A DNA stretch of 63,166 nt, filler included, from Octopus bimaculoides (GCF_001194135.2; 5 parts of 5 records of this genome joined end to end with filler, not necessarily neighbours in it), one strand, 5' to 3'; shown: positions 26,908-41,840, counted from the whole stretch's first letter. The notes: generated from the sequence alone by a model not told the origin. A program made the numbers and translations.

Positions 26908-28415
26908 NNNNNNNNNNNNNNNNNNNNNNNNNNNNNNNNNNNNNNNNNNNNNNNNNNNNNNNNNNNNNNNNNNNNNNNNNNNNNNNNNNNNNNNNNNNNN
27001 NNNNNNNNNNNNNNNNNNNNNNNNNNNNNNNNNNNNNNNNNNNNNNNNNNNNNNNNNNNNNNNNNNNNNNNNNNNNNNNNNNNNNNNNNNNNNNNNNNNN
27101 NNNNNNNNNNNNNNNNNNNNNNNNNNNNNNNNNNNNNNNNNNNNNNNNNNNNNNNNNNNNNNNNNNNNNNNNNNNNNNNNNNNNNNNNNNNNNNNNNNNN
27201 NNNNNNNNNNNNNNNNNNNNNNNNNNNNNNNNNNNNNNNNNNNNNNNNNNNNNNNNNNNNNNNNNNNNNNNNNNNNNNNNNNNNNNNNNNNNNNNNNNNN
27301 NNNNNNNNNNNNNNNNNNNNNNNNNNNNNNNNNNNNNNNNNNNNNNNNNNNNNNNNNNNNNNNNNNNNNNNNNNNNNNNNNNNNNNNNNNNNNNNNNNNN
27401 NNNNNNNNNNNNNNNNNNNNNNNNNNNNNNNNNNNNNNNNNNNNNNNNNNNNNNNNNNNNNNNNNNNNNNNNNNNNNNNNNNNNNNNNNNNNNNNNNNNN
27501 NNNNNNNNNNNNNNNNNNNNNNNNNNNNNNNNNNNNNNNNNNNNNNNNNNNNNNNNNNNNNNNNNNNNNNNNNNNNNNNNNNNNNNNNNNNNNNNNNNNN
27601 NNNNNNNNNNNNNNNNNNNNNNNNNNNNNNNNNNNNNNNNNNNNNNNNTCCACAATTAGTGTTTGTCATTTTATCATGGTTATCAAGGATCTTTTCAAAT
27701 ATATGTCTGAATTTCTTGCCGCTTTTTTTTCTTGTCTTCTCTATGTATGCGGGAACAAGAAGTTCCCAACTTCATTGTATGTTTCTTATATCTTTATTGG
27801 CCACAAGGGGCTAAACATAGAGATGACACACAAGGACAGAGAAAGCGATTAAGTCGATTACATCGACCCCAGTGTGTAACTGGTACTTAAGTTATCGACC
27901 CCGTAAGGATGAAAGACAAAGTCGACCTCGGCTGAATTTGAACTCAGAACGTAACGGCAGGCGAAATACCGCTAAACATTTCACCCGGCGTGCTAACGTT
28001 TCTGCCAGCACGCCGTCAACGTATGTTTCTAGACATAACCTCATTTTAATAACGAATGGGATTGAACAGTCGCCACTATTTCTTCATTAGTGGCAAAGCA
28101 ACTGGCTGAGTCATTATGATCGGATCATGTCCTGTTCGTAAACGGAGTATTTTTTGTAACTAGAATATGTTGAGACAATATAGTGCTTTACTATAAGTTC
28201 TACTAGTGCATTACTCATCTCACTTTACAGAAATATCTGTAGAATGTAGATATATCATCCGCAAACGTTTTCTTATGTACTTTCCTTTTCTGTTGTGCAA
28301 GATAGTGAACTCCAGAGAGTGAAATCGTAGATGTAACCATGATGTTCCAGTGGTCTGTTGAGTTAGCTGCTTGTACTTACATAACAACTTTGCAACTGTA
28401 TCGTATAAAACTCAG

Positions 28416-28478
<63 letters not shown>

Positions 28479-29786
28479 GCGTGTGCGCGTGTGTGTGTGT
28501 GTGTGTGTATGTGTGTGTGTGTGTATTGATGCAAAGATGCACGTATAATTTTTGCATGCTGAAAGTAATACTGCATGCAGAGGTTTACGAAACGGCTGTA
28601 GTCATTTGAAGTCGTACGGAAAAACGAGAAATCTATCTTAATCTCACACCTCCTGAATTATTCCTTATTTACAACGCATTGAAAGTTTCCAACTCGGACT
28701 TTCTCGATTTTCAGTTACATGGTACATTCATATTACAATACATAGTAATTGACTACTCTGTGTGTGTGCGTGCGTGCGCGCGATGCGCTATTTGTTTTAG
28801 ACCCTTGCGTTCTGAGTTCGTATCCCAACATGATGAATATGTGCGGTACAATCGCTCGGTCTTACTACACAACATAGCAATCTGAATTATTTGTGCACAG
28901 GAGTCCATGCTATTGCGTGCACTTGGATGAGGTCTTCAGTTTGAAGAGACTTCTTCTCCTATTCCCATCAGTCTCGGGGGTCTTCTTTACGCTCATGTTC
29001 GCTGCCTTCCACCGATGACAAAAGATATTTTCAAAATGGGAAGTTTTCTTTAAATTCTTCAAATTTCTCCGATCTTTTTAGGAATTTCAACTAACGGATA
29101 ATGCTACCCGTAAGTGGAGATAAAATAACTGTATATACTATAAGTCCATAAGTTTTTTTTCAGTTTCTTTACTGATATTTTAACACCTGCGTACATGTTT
29201 TGCCTGATTACATGTGATCAAACTGATTCTAGCTATATTTCTGGTACTTATTTCATACTTTTAGAATTATTACATGCAAGATTAATGATTACCAGGAGTT
29301 AAACGCAGGTGAGAAGAGCCGTAATTCTAATTTGCGCAATATATGTTGTTTGGCATTCTGCTGATATTTGTAAGTATCTGCCGTGAGATATATTATAATT
29401 AATTATAAATTAAGTAAAAATGTTTGGATTGTATTTCTGTTTCGTTTCAGTAATTATTCATCACCTACTTCAAGCTTTGCTCTATCGTTACTTGTGTTTC
29501 ATTTTGTTTTCTTTGTATTACCCTTGTCTTTATTCCCTTCTTTCTTCTTACCTGTCTTCATGTACTTTTGTGATGTATCATCTATTCACTTTAGGTCAAC
29601 TATTGACTTCTTTGTCTGTTATATTCATCTTTCTGCAATTCAAGTTCAAAAAGTGCATCTCCAATTCAAAAGTTTTCGAGTTTTCACTTCGATTTTCATT
29701 TTGTATAATTCGTAAGTTATTTAATTCCTCTTTCACTTCTATTTCGTCATCTCCACTATTATTCTCGCTCACTCTCTTCATTAATC

Positions 29787-29860
<74 letters not shown>

Positions 29861-30369
29861 CTCTCTCTTTCAGTACATACGCTCCCACACATGCACAAAT
29901 ACGCAAATACATACACCCACCCAAACACCTCCCCACCAACACCCCCCACCCCCACACAAACACATATATGTACTTCCCAAGCTTTTTTGTTTAAATCAGA
30001 ATCGGCCCCCAGCCACATGTGGTTTATTTTATGTATGAACTCTACATCATTCTCAATTCAAATCCTTTACATTTTACAGCTCTATTATTTTATCCCTTTT
30101 CCTCTCTAATGTACCTCCCCTAGTCTAGTGCTCCATTCCTTCGGTCCAGCCGACACTCTTACTTTATTAATTACGCTTTTTTTTCCTTACTTACTCTTTC
30201 GCCATTTCCTTCTTAATCTGTCAGTATCTACCTTATCTACCTGTTTTTATATTACTCTCTCTATCCCTCCCTCGTTTGCTCTCCTCTCTTTTTCTCTGTC
30301 TGTCTGTCTGTCTGTCTGTCTCACTCTCTCTCTCTCTCTCTCACACACACACTCTTTCTACCTACATAC

Positions 30370-30402
<33 letters not shown>

Positions 30403-31931
30403 CATTTGTCTATTTAGCTCGATAGGATCTGTATGAACTCAACAAACACAAAAGTTGACTGGTGAGTTTGTCTCTAATATATAGAGATTATAAAGTCTGC
30501 TAATGCTCTCCCCTTTAACACTTATATAGCATGTCAGAAACTACTTGAAACCTTCAAACAGAGAAAGGATGCCCTTTGAACTGACTTTTACAAAGAGAGA
30601 GATTACGTATCATTCTAATGATTTTCAGTTTGTTTGAGCTTGAATGATGCCTAAACAATGGTAAACCATGACAGATCATATGATTTTGTATATTAGCTGC
30701 GGTTGCCTGTTCATATACTTGTTCCGTTATCAGTATCTAAATGTACTTACGGTGTCTACATAGTTTTTAAGTTTGTAGATGCCATGGCTAAGGCAAGTTA
30801 GGAGAATTGCCATCAGTTTCGAATGTTCAGGCATTTGTGTCGATTCTACTTGTATCTAGTTCACAAATATCTTTATAATTTTTACAACAGTGTATTCCGT
30901 AGCTCGAGTTAGTGGACCAAAAAAAAAAAACGGTTGAGGCTGCCCTACTCAGGTTATAAAATCTGCTGCTGGCTGGTATTTGAATATGAAAGTGAAATAC
31001 ATCTAGACACTTTTTTTAAATCACGTGTAAAATTTTTTGTCAGTTTCAGTATTATTTTAAGACGCTGCCGTTCAACTATTAATCTTTAAATGTCAAACTG
31101 TTTTTGTACTTATTCCTTATAAATATCTCAGGTGGTTTAAAACCTCGCCTAAATTGCATTCATTGTAAATGATGATGCTTAGATGGAAATGTTCGGTTAG
31201 ATAACACATTTGAAGAATGTGGTGTTGTTCTGAGAAAGTAGATTGGTAGAGAGCACTGCAGTGAGTCATTGTTAGATGACCTCAGTCATCACCATATATA
31301 GTTCAATGATAAGTGTTGATCAAATGGTAGCCGATAGCTTTCCGAAATTGAAACATATTCTTTCAGAGCCGGAATTTAAGAGTAACACACTTCTTTCATA
31401 TCAAAATCCTGTGTAATAGTTTGTTTTCGCAGATGAGGCAAATATTAAATAGCGTTAGAACAAGTATGCAGCATTGTTTAACTCCAATTTTTATATTGAG
31501 GAACTCAAATTTCTGCTCACCTACAACAATATCAACCAACATCTCTATGTGAAAATGATAGATGAGATTCAGGTTGGCTGGACAACTTGACCAGAACAGA
31601 CATCAACTTTTTAAAAAATGCAACGAGCTAATATTAATACAAAAAGAAACAGGCGGTAGTTGAAGAGAGGAACCAATATTCTTGTGGGAATTGCTGGTGA
31701 CTCTCGCTGAAAATGTAAACGCAATTGCTTTCAAATTCCTGTAGCAACGGGAAAGGAAAAAATCTCTTCTTAAGGAAACAGCGTGCCTTACGGTTACAGC
31801 AGTCGAACACACGCCTTTATGATCATGAACCAAAGCACTAGGCCACACACTTTCACACCCACTGATATATAATGTACCTATGTGTGTATGTTTATGTGTG
31901 TAGATGTGTGTGTACTTGTGTGCGAGCGTGC

Positions 31932-31977
<46 letters not shown>

Positions 31978-33302
31978 ACATAGACATACACACATACGCG
32001 CAAATACACAAACGCATAAACACGCACAGGCAAACATATGCATACATACATTCACATACATATATACGCACACTAATAAACACACACACACATATATGCA
32101 TGTGCGTGTGTTGAAGTATCTTCTAATGTACAGCTATTTTGTTTTAAACTTGACATTCATTGGCTATTATCGTCTTTTATATTTGCCTATATATTCCTGT
32201 ACACTCTGTTGTCAGGGTTTATATATAACGTACTTTCCACTATTAACATTCAGCTCCGGTCCGTAAAAGCTCATATTTCTTATGGCAATACTTATCGTGT
32301 GTCATGCAGAAATCCTTTTTTTCTTTTATATATTCCTGTAGTTTCATTTACTTTCATTACCTTTATTCATTTGTCCTTTGTCTTTCATTTATTTATTTAC
32401 TTTCGTCTTTACGCTAACTTTAGTCTTACAATCTCTCTCCTCATAACAGAGCCAAGAGAATATAATCTCTGAACAGGTCTGACTTCAAGTTACCTATTTT
32501 AGGGTTTTCGTATGTTAAATTTCTCACTCGCATTTATGAGACGAAGCATGAGTTGTTTCGCGCATACTATTAGCAATTCCAAATCTTCTATTGTTTGCAT
32601 CTCTTATCTCAGTACACTTGAAGGTTTCCTCCTCATCAACAGGCAAGTTTCTTTATAAGAAGTTTATACTTAGTGGCTACAAAATAAGTGTAAAAAAAAA
32701 ACGGAAAAGAAAATGAACTCTTAAATTTACGTCCAAATCCACAGAGTACAACATCATAGCAGTAATAAGCCAAATCTGATATGCGAAATGCAGAAAAAAA
32801 TTTACAACTTTCATTTTTACTGTTTCTGTTTGTTTATTTCATTTCGCTTTAAAACTATTTCTCATGGAACAAACTCTGTAAGAAATCTTTATAAAAGATA
32901 TTTTCTGTATATTTTGATATTTTCTTCTTCACTGTTAACTCTGCAAGATAACAGACGAGTTGCATATCTTTATATCCACAGGCAGCTTTCTCCAGTGTCT
33001 CTCTCTACTTCACTATCACACACAGCACATCTGCATATGTATCTATGCGTGTGTACACATAGGCACACTCACATGTATGTGTATGTATGAACTATATATA
33101 CATTCATATATTTATACATACACATACGCACATATCATATGTTTCTCTGAGCACATATACATACACATGCGTGCATATATTTAACTATCGACCGCTGAGT
33201 TACATTTTAAAATTTCTACCAATTAAAATATAAAAGTACACGTAACACAAATCACCCCGATATACATACATACATACATACATACATACATACATACACA
33301 CA

Positions 33303-33400
<98 letters not shown>

Positions 33401-35120
33401 ATGTGTGTGTGCGCGTGAAAGCGCGTATCCTACAGGTTATTGTATTAATCTCAAGATCATGTGTTCAAATCTTGGTTCAAGCGTCGTGTTGTATCTTTGT
33501 GTATGGTACTTACTCCATTTCACCGTCACTCAAATCCATTCACCTAACTGAATCTCACTCTGATACTGGTACATTACCACCCTTCAGCTGTTACAATGTC
33601 GATATTCCAGTAGGTCTTTGTATTGGAGAGTTATTACAAACAATAGCAGCCCCTAGTTTTGTTACGATATATCTAAGATATTTAACTATTCAGAGACAGC
33701 AATGAGAGCTACATCTTGAATACTGTATGTTAGTAACTTCTTTTCGACTATACTAACACCAATAAGTTTGTGACATATTAGTCTGCATTTAAATTTGTTG
33801 AAATCCAGTGTAATGTCCAGGTATACCATACATTCATTTGACTGATCGAGTAACTGCTTTTGCAGCTAGGCATTATTCCGTAGCATTTTTGTAAGACTTC
33901 TTGTCTCAGGTTGCCAAGTTATTTACCACTAAGAACATATTTTTTCTTGATGATTTGTTCGACGACACTGTTTGTACATAAAAATCAATTATATTGATTC
34001 GTGCTTTTTCTTTCTTTTTTTTTTTTTGACATTGCTTTTTCTACCCTCGTGGATAAGGCATACTACACTCAAATTTTGATTGACCTCACTATTACACAAA
34101 ATATTTTGGATTAACCGATGTCTTTTGATTAAGGCCACTTTACAGTTTTTGAGAGAAACGCTGGGAAACAGTTAGGCACTGCTACAAACATTTTAATCAT
34201 TGTGTCTACGGCAGTAGTCCATCAATTTCTTCTACGTTTAGGTATTTTAGAGTTACAAGTAAGGCTACAGTGTAGAAAAATTCCGTTGACTCAACCATTT
34301 ATATTTATACCAGCAGTTTGTCAACCACACAATTGAAGTCTTCTTTGAATATCTTACTCACATGCAAGAGTCAGATAGGAATTACTTCTTTCAAACTGTG
34401 ATCTTCTTCAGTTGTGCACAGAAGCTGTTTCCATTGCTATACAATTGAAAACCTTCGGGTTAATGTTTTCTAAAACCTATGATTACTCTGCCTTTGATGA
34501 AAAGCTTAATTCAATTCTATTTTTCAAAGTAAATGAGTGACAATTTAAGTAATGAATTAATTTAAAGTATTTGAGATGCTTTCTTCGTCTCGTGAAAATG
34601 TTTCTGTCTTTGGAGTTGATATTCTTTTCAACGCCATGTATCTTCATTCCTTCAGCATTATTCATATTGACTAAGACGGCGAGCTGGCAGAAGCGTTAGC
34701 ACGCCGAGCGAAATGCTTAGCAGTATTTCGTCTGTCTTTACGTTCTGAGTTCAAATTCCGCCGAGGTCGACTTTTCCTTTCGGGGTCGATAAATTAAGTA
34801 TCAGTTGCATACTGGGGTCACGGTGACAGCAGCAGACAGAGGAGCAGGACGGCAGGGAGAGGGAGCGACAGAGGAAAGAAATGGTAAGAGGATGAAGTGC
34901 AAGGAGAAGGGCTAGGGATACAAGAGGGAGAGAGAGAAAGGGGATAAGCAGAAAGGCGGGAATAGAATGACAGGATGAGAGACAGAAAAGGAGAAAGCAT
35001 GAAGGAGGCAAAATTTGTGACTGATCAGCTGAGGGACTAGTCTAAGAAAAGAAGGGCAAGTGGAAGAAAGAGGAGAAAGGCTAGACGTCTGGATGTCTTG
35101 CGTTTTTGTCCCATTTTGTG

Positions 35121-35176
<56 letters not shown>

Positions 35177-35351
35177 GCGTAGGAGTGGCTGTGTAGTAAG
35201 TAGCTTGCTTACCAACCACATGGTCCCGGGTTCAGTCCCACTGTGTGGCATNNNNNNNNNNNNNNNNNNNNNNNNNNNNNNNNNNNNNNNNNNNNTTAAT
35301 TAATTAANNNNNNNNNNNNNNNNNNNNNNNNNNNNNNNNNNNNNNNNNNNN

Positions 35352-35665
35352 TGCCAGTACCGCCTGACTGGCTCCCGTAGGATTTTCGAGTGAGATTGTT
35401 GCCAGTGCCCCTGGACTGGCTTGTGCGGGTGGCACATAAAAGACACCATTTCGAGCATGGCCGTTTTCGTGCGGGTGACACGTAAAAGCACCCACTACAC
35501 TCTCTGAGTGGTTGGCATTAGGAAGGGCATCCAGCTGTAGAAACTCTGCCAAATTAGATTGGAGCCTGGTGTTGCCATCCGGTTTCACCAGTCCTCAGTC
35601 AAATCGTCCAACCCATGCTAGCATGGAAAGCGGACGTTAAACGATGATGATGATGATGATGATGA
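35352..35665 (+). mobile_element. Young SINE or short element with RTE-type 3' tail ending in (GAT)n
   Basis: gaagggcatccagctgtagaaac...cccatgctagcatggaaagcggacgttaaacgatgatgat. Near-identical copies at 36458-36657 and 37853-38003. Older copies at 49465-50010, 51505-51640 and 54885-55080, and on the minus strand at 36945-37070 and 55360-55490. Confidence 0.8.
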
Positions 35666-37173
35666 TATATATATATAGAAAGAGAGAGAGAGAGGAGCGT
35701 GTGTGTCTTTTTGTATGTATGCTTTGAAATAAGTCTTTATGTGTGATGAAGAGAAATATCACACACTCACATAAATATATGTGTTTGTGTATGTGCACTT
35801 ATTTATGCATGAGTTAGCATACTTTTGCACATGTTTCAATCCATGACTGTATTTTATACATTTCGCTTTGTCTACAGACACATCACTGTTTGTGCATGTA
35901 CACATCAAATGCACGCTTGCATATACAGACACATTAATTCTAAAAATCTCTAGTTAGCTGCACAAATTAATGTTTGAGCTGTATTTATACCTGCTGTTTC
36001 CAATTTGGGTTTAATTAATCAACTTTTAAGTCAAGGTGACTGCTGTCAATGGAGTTTTGACAACACAGTAACTTCTAGACAGGGAATCTTTTGTTTGTTG
36101 AGGCTTTTCATGTATGAATGCTTTATCTCATTTATTTATGTATTTGCATGTTTGTTTGATTGTTTGTGTATTCATTTAATGACTTTCTTGCAGTAAGATG
36201 TTAGAAGGCTTGCATTTAAATTTATTTATGAAACAAAATATTTTCTGACTAATGTGCTCTTATTCCTAATATCATGTATGTTTTACTTCTTTGTCTACAA
36301 TATAACGTTTAATTCAGAGGCAGGAGTTTTCGGGGTTAATAAGGAAACGCATGTATACGCACAGACACGCACAGACACACTTCTATGCATATATACATTT
36401 TTATATATTCAAAGATATATTCACAAGCATGTATGACACACAAACACAGACATTCATAGTGACACGTAAAAGCACCTACTACATTCTCTGAGTGGTTGGC
36501 GTTAGGAAGGGCATCCAGCTGTAGAAACTCTGCCAAATTTAGATTGGAGCCTGGTGTTGCCATCCGGTTTCACCAGTCCTCAGTCAAGTCGTCCAACCCA
36601 TGCTAGCATGGAAAGCGGACGTTAAACGATGATGATGATGATGATGATGATGATGATATACAAAGCAAAGACACTAACTCACACACACATTCACATGCAT
36701 GTATAATACAAACATACATATTCGTTTGAAGGCTGACGATTCATTTGATTGCTATTCAGTCAGGTAATAATATGATTTAGTCATTTGTCACATGAACAAA
36801 TACTCAAAAGTAAGAAACTCAGAATAATGACAGAATAAGCAATCAAATCTGAATGAATAAATGAACTCTACTACATTTATTTCATGTATGTGCATACATA
36901 CATATGTACATAAGTATGTATGTATGTATTATAACCTCCTCCTTATCATCATCCTTTTAACATCTACCTTTCCATGCTTGCATGGTTCAAACAGAGTTTA
37001 CGGTGGCAGATTTTCTACGGCCAGATGCCCTTCCTGTTGCCAACCCTTACCTGTTTCCAAGTAAAGTAATGTTTCCCCATAAGCAGACATATTTTCACAG
37101 AATATTGGAAATGAATGATACTGCTTGGAGGAAGTGACACTCCTTCACATATATCACACACACACACACACAC

Positions 37174-37217
<44 letters not shown>

Positions 37218-39024
37218 AGGCTTCTTTAAGTTTCTTATTTCTTTATTACCCACAAGGGGCTAAACATAGAGGGGACAAACAAAAACAGGCAAAGGGATTA
37301 AGTCAATTACATCGACACCAGTGCATAACTGGTACTTAATTTATCGACCCGGAAAGGATGAAAGGCAAAGTTGACCTTGGCAGAATTTGAACTCAGAACG
37401 TAGCAAGAGACGAAATACCGCTAAGCATTTCGCCCGGCGCACTAACGTTTCTGCCAGCTTGCCGTTCTTTCAGTTTCTGTCAACCAAATCCACTCACAAG
37501 GCTTTGGTCAGTCCAGGGCTTTGGTCAGTCCAGGGCTTTGGTCAGTCCAGGGCTATAGTAGAAGACACCCAAGGTGTCATGTAGTCGGACTGAATCCCAA
37601 ACCATGCAGTTGGGAAGAATGCATGCATGCATACATACATACATACATACATACAGACATACGAGCATGTCTAGATGTGCAACTATATGCATGAGAATAC
37701 ATACTTAAAACAAAACATACAAATCTATACATATACATACATACAAAAATATCCTGTTGATATTGTTTCCAATGAAGGACCCTTGGATTTAGGTTAGAAA
37801 CTGGCTCTTTCGCTATTGGCAAGAAATCTTGAAATAAAACTGAATAATGACGTGAGTGGTTGGCGTTAGGAAGGGCATCCAGCTGTACAAACTCTGCCAA
37901 ATTTAGATTGGAGCCTGGTGTTGCCATCCGGTTTCACCAGTCCTCAGTCAAGTCGTCCAACCCATGCTAGCATGGAAAGCGGACGTTAAACGATGATGAT
38001 GATACCCTCTTATTCACCGTTATATTTCATTATGTACATACCAGACACTCAATTTTCTACATTAAACAAATGTAATCCACACATGCCAACATAGAAAATG
38101 AATGTTAAATGATGATGATGATATAGTTTTGTAGTTGTCCTAATGTTTATATCTCAGATGTAACCAACTCTCTTAGTTCACCATCTGGGAATTCATCTCT
38201 CAGATGATAGCCTAGCTTACTCAATAAGCTGCACAAAGGTATTATTAAGTAATTCTGTTCCAATACTCTTAATAATTGCCTTCACTTAGAGATAAAGAGG
38301 ACACTGTACTCTAAATGATGTGCTTGTGTTGTAAAATAGATCATTACTGATAATTCAACCAAAAACATTGCCTATAATTGGGGTAGTAACTCAAGATTGT
38401 GAATTTTGTAGCCTTTTTAAATAATATTTTATATCTGCTGATAAATATTGTACTAGTATTTTATAATTTTCACTTAATCCTATCACTGCATCCGCCAAAT
38501 CCTGTTTAATAGTCTGTTTGAAGCTACACCATATTCTGTGATTTGAACCATTTCTTCCAATAAGGATCTCTTTACAGATGACTGGCTGTCGATACTGTGC
38601 CATGAAGATTTTCTAAATCTTTCATCAAAGACATATTTTTCCCTTGCATTATTGATTACTAACTACATCTTCCAGATGAGAAAGCAGTGTTATTGTTGCT
38701 GTTGTTGTTGTTGTTGTTGATGATTAGATCCAGGTTCATTCTAATCAAACAAATATACAATTAAAGGCGTTTTAAACCTAGCCATCCTGTTTGTTTTCAG
38801 GCATCTAGGATAAAAAAATATGGCTTTGTGGTAAGAAGTCTGCTTCCCAACCACATGACTTTGAGTTCAGTCCCATTGCACTGCACCTTGTGTAAGTGTC
38901 TTCTACTTGGTTAACCAAAGCTTTGTGAGATGGAAACTGAAAGAAGCTCATTGTGTGTGTGTGTGTGTGTATACACACACATATACACACACGTGTGCAT
39001 GCACACACACACACGCACATATTA

Positions 39025-39066
<42 letters not shown>

Positions 39067-39284
39067 CATATTTTATATTTTACTTTTTTCAGTCATTAGA
39101 CAGCAGCCATGCTGGGCCACTACCTTGAATTTTTAGTCAAATGAATCAACCCCAGTAGTTTGTATTGTCTTAAGAAGTAGTACTTATTCTTTCAGTCTCT
39201 TTTGTCAAACCACTAAGTTATGGGGGTACAAACACACCAACAGTCAAGCAATGGTGGGGGGACAAACACAGGCAGAAAGTCACA

Positions 39285-39324
<40 letters not shown>

Positions 39325-40760
39325 ATGAGCTTCTTTCAGATTCCATATACTAAATCCACTCACAAGGCTTTAGTATATGTGTGTGTGTGTATGCAAATGT
39401 ATGCATGTATGTATATATGTGTGGCTTTGTATTTGTCCTTTTACCATCACTTTACAACCAGTGTTTGCTTGTTTACATTACTGTAACTTAGCCATTCAGC
39501 AAAAGAGACTGAGAGAATAAATACTGGACTTTAAAACTTAAGTATTGGGACTGATTTGGTTGTCTAAAACCTTTTAAGATGGTGCCCCAGCACGGCCGCA
39601 GTTCAATGACTGAAACAAATGAAAGATAATAGAACATACATTCTTTGACTTTTTTTTAAAGATAATGGAATGTACTTAAAGGAGATTTGGCTATTATTTC
39701 TAACAGATCAAGCAACCATTAGGGAGATGCAGAAATTCTGTTTCCAGAGATGTACTGAGTATTACTTAAGGCAAATATTAGTATTCTTTGGAGATGCAAC
39801 AGGTCATCAATACAGAACAGCATTACTCATATAAATCTTACATATTATTTACATGCAGTTAGCTGTATCATTTCAGCTGTGGTTTGTAACTCTTGACACT
39901 CGAGAATGAAACCTGACACACACACACACACAAACATATAGACACATGTATGTATGTATGTATGTATGTGTGTGTGTGTATAAAACTAACAAACAATGTT
40001 TTTAAGTATTATCTGCATTTAATGTGGGAAGAGGTATTCTTGCAAACATGATTCATCTTATTTAAAGAAAATAAACAAATAAATAAAGGAAAAATGTCAT
40101 GGTTAATGCACTGAAATCCATAATTTTTGTCACACTAATTTTCTAGAAGCTACCATACGTAGATTGTCATATGATCTTGACAAAGAACCAAGGGGAATAG
40201 CAAGTAGTGCATTCCCAATCAATATTTTCATTTGTACAGCTTGACCTTTTTTGCCATTCCAGAAACTCTAATGTAGATGTTTCTGTTAGCGTTTGGTTTC
40301 ATCTCTGAATGGTTTATTTTATTGCTTCATTGAATTGTCCCTGACTTGAACACAGCCCACATGTCAACTTTTCGATTGAGGTGACCCTTTAAATGTATCT
40401 AAATTTAATGTTGATGGTGTATAATAAATACTTAAAAAAAAAAAAGAAAATGCCCTATTCCTTTTCAAAGGGGGCTCTAAAATGCAGTTCATTTGTTTCT
40501 TCTATAGTCATGTTTGTGATACTTTAAAGTGACATAAGGTTTTGTGAGTGTGTGAGTCATAAATTGATTTGTGTTACTAATGATTCAGCTTTGATGGTTA
40601 TTATATTGTGTATACTGAAGTTCAATTTGTAATATATTTATCTTATAGTACCTGGTAATAATTTGCTGTATATGTTGTTCTGTGTACTTTGTATAAATGT
40701 TTGAAGTATGATTCAAATTTGTGGTTATCATACAGAATTCATTCCTCATGTATTGCTGTC

Positions 40761-41840
40761 ATTATTAAATAAAACATTAAGGCGGTGAGCTGGCAGAATC
40801 GTTAGCATGCTGGACAAAATGCTTAGCAGTATTTCACCTGTTGCTACATTCTGAGTTCAAATTCTGCCAAGGTCGACTTTGCCTTTCATTCTTTTGGGGT
40901 CGATAAATTAAATACCAGTGAAACACTGAGGTCAATGTAATCGACTAGCCCCCTCCCCTAAAATTTCAGGCCTTGTGTCTTTAGTAGAAACGATTATTAA
41001 ATAAAACATTTAAGGCAGCGAGCTGGCAGGATCGTTAGTACGCCAGGCAAAATGCTTAGCGGTGTTTCGTCTGAGTTTGAATTCCGTCGAGGTCGACTTT
41101 GTCTTTAATCCTTTCAGGGTCGATAAAATTAGTGCCAGTTACATACCAGGGTCGATATAATCAACTTAATCCCTTCTCCCAAAATTTGAGGCCTTGTTCT
41201 TCCAGTAAAAAAGAATCATTAGCATGCCAGGCAAAACTCTTAGCGGCATTTCGTCCATCTTTATGTTCTGTGTTTAAATTCTGCTGAGGTCAGCTTTGTC
41301 TTTCATCCTTTCAGGGTTGATAAATAAAGTACCAGTTAAATACTGGGGGTGATGTAATTGACTAGTCCCCTCCTCCAAAATCTCAGGCCATGTGCATTTA
41401 GTAGAAAGGATTATTAAATAAAACATTTAAGGCTATGAGATGGCAATATTGTAAGGACACTGGGCAAAATGCTTAATGGCAATTCATCTATCTTTATGTT
41501 CTAAGTTCAAAGGCTGACTTTGCCTTTCATCCTTTCAGGATTGATAAAATAAGTACCAGTTGAGTACTGGGGTCGATGTAATCAACTTATTCACACCCCC
41601 AAAATTGCAGGCCTTATGCCAAAATTTGAAACCATTATTAAATAAAACATTTAACGTGGTGAGCTGGCAGAATTGTGAGCATGCAGGGCAAAATGTTTAG
41701 TAACATTTTGAGCTCTGAGCTCATCTTCACCTTTTATCCTTTAGGGGTCAATAAGATAAGTACCAGTTGATCACTGGGGTTGATTTTATCAAACTATCCT
41801 TTCTCCAAAATTGCTGGCCTTGAGCCAAAATTTGAAATAA
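40761..41840 (+). repeat. Head-to-tail array of five family-A SINEs with a shared linker
   Basis: attattaaataaaacatt(t)aa precedes units at ~40761, 40993, 41410 and 41635. The third unit (~41214) is 5'-truncated and fused to the second. Confidence 0.85.

Noticed and set aside
33510-33590. Minus-strand strong donor GGA|gtaagt after MDLSDGEME
   Set aside because: All upstream acceptors give in-frame stops, and no promoter or downstream exon evidence was found.
37500-37550. 3 x 17-bp tandem repeat ggctttggtcagtccag
   Set aside because: Simple slippage within a SINE body, with no further significance evident.
38484-38660. Minus-strand frame ...FDERFRKSSWHSIDSQSSVKRSLLEEMVQ... as a JPH exon
   Set aside because: No polypyrimidine acceptor, weak donor, and it would change the conserved QPG to QPV.
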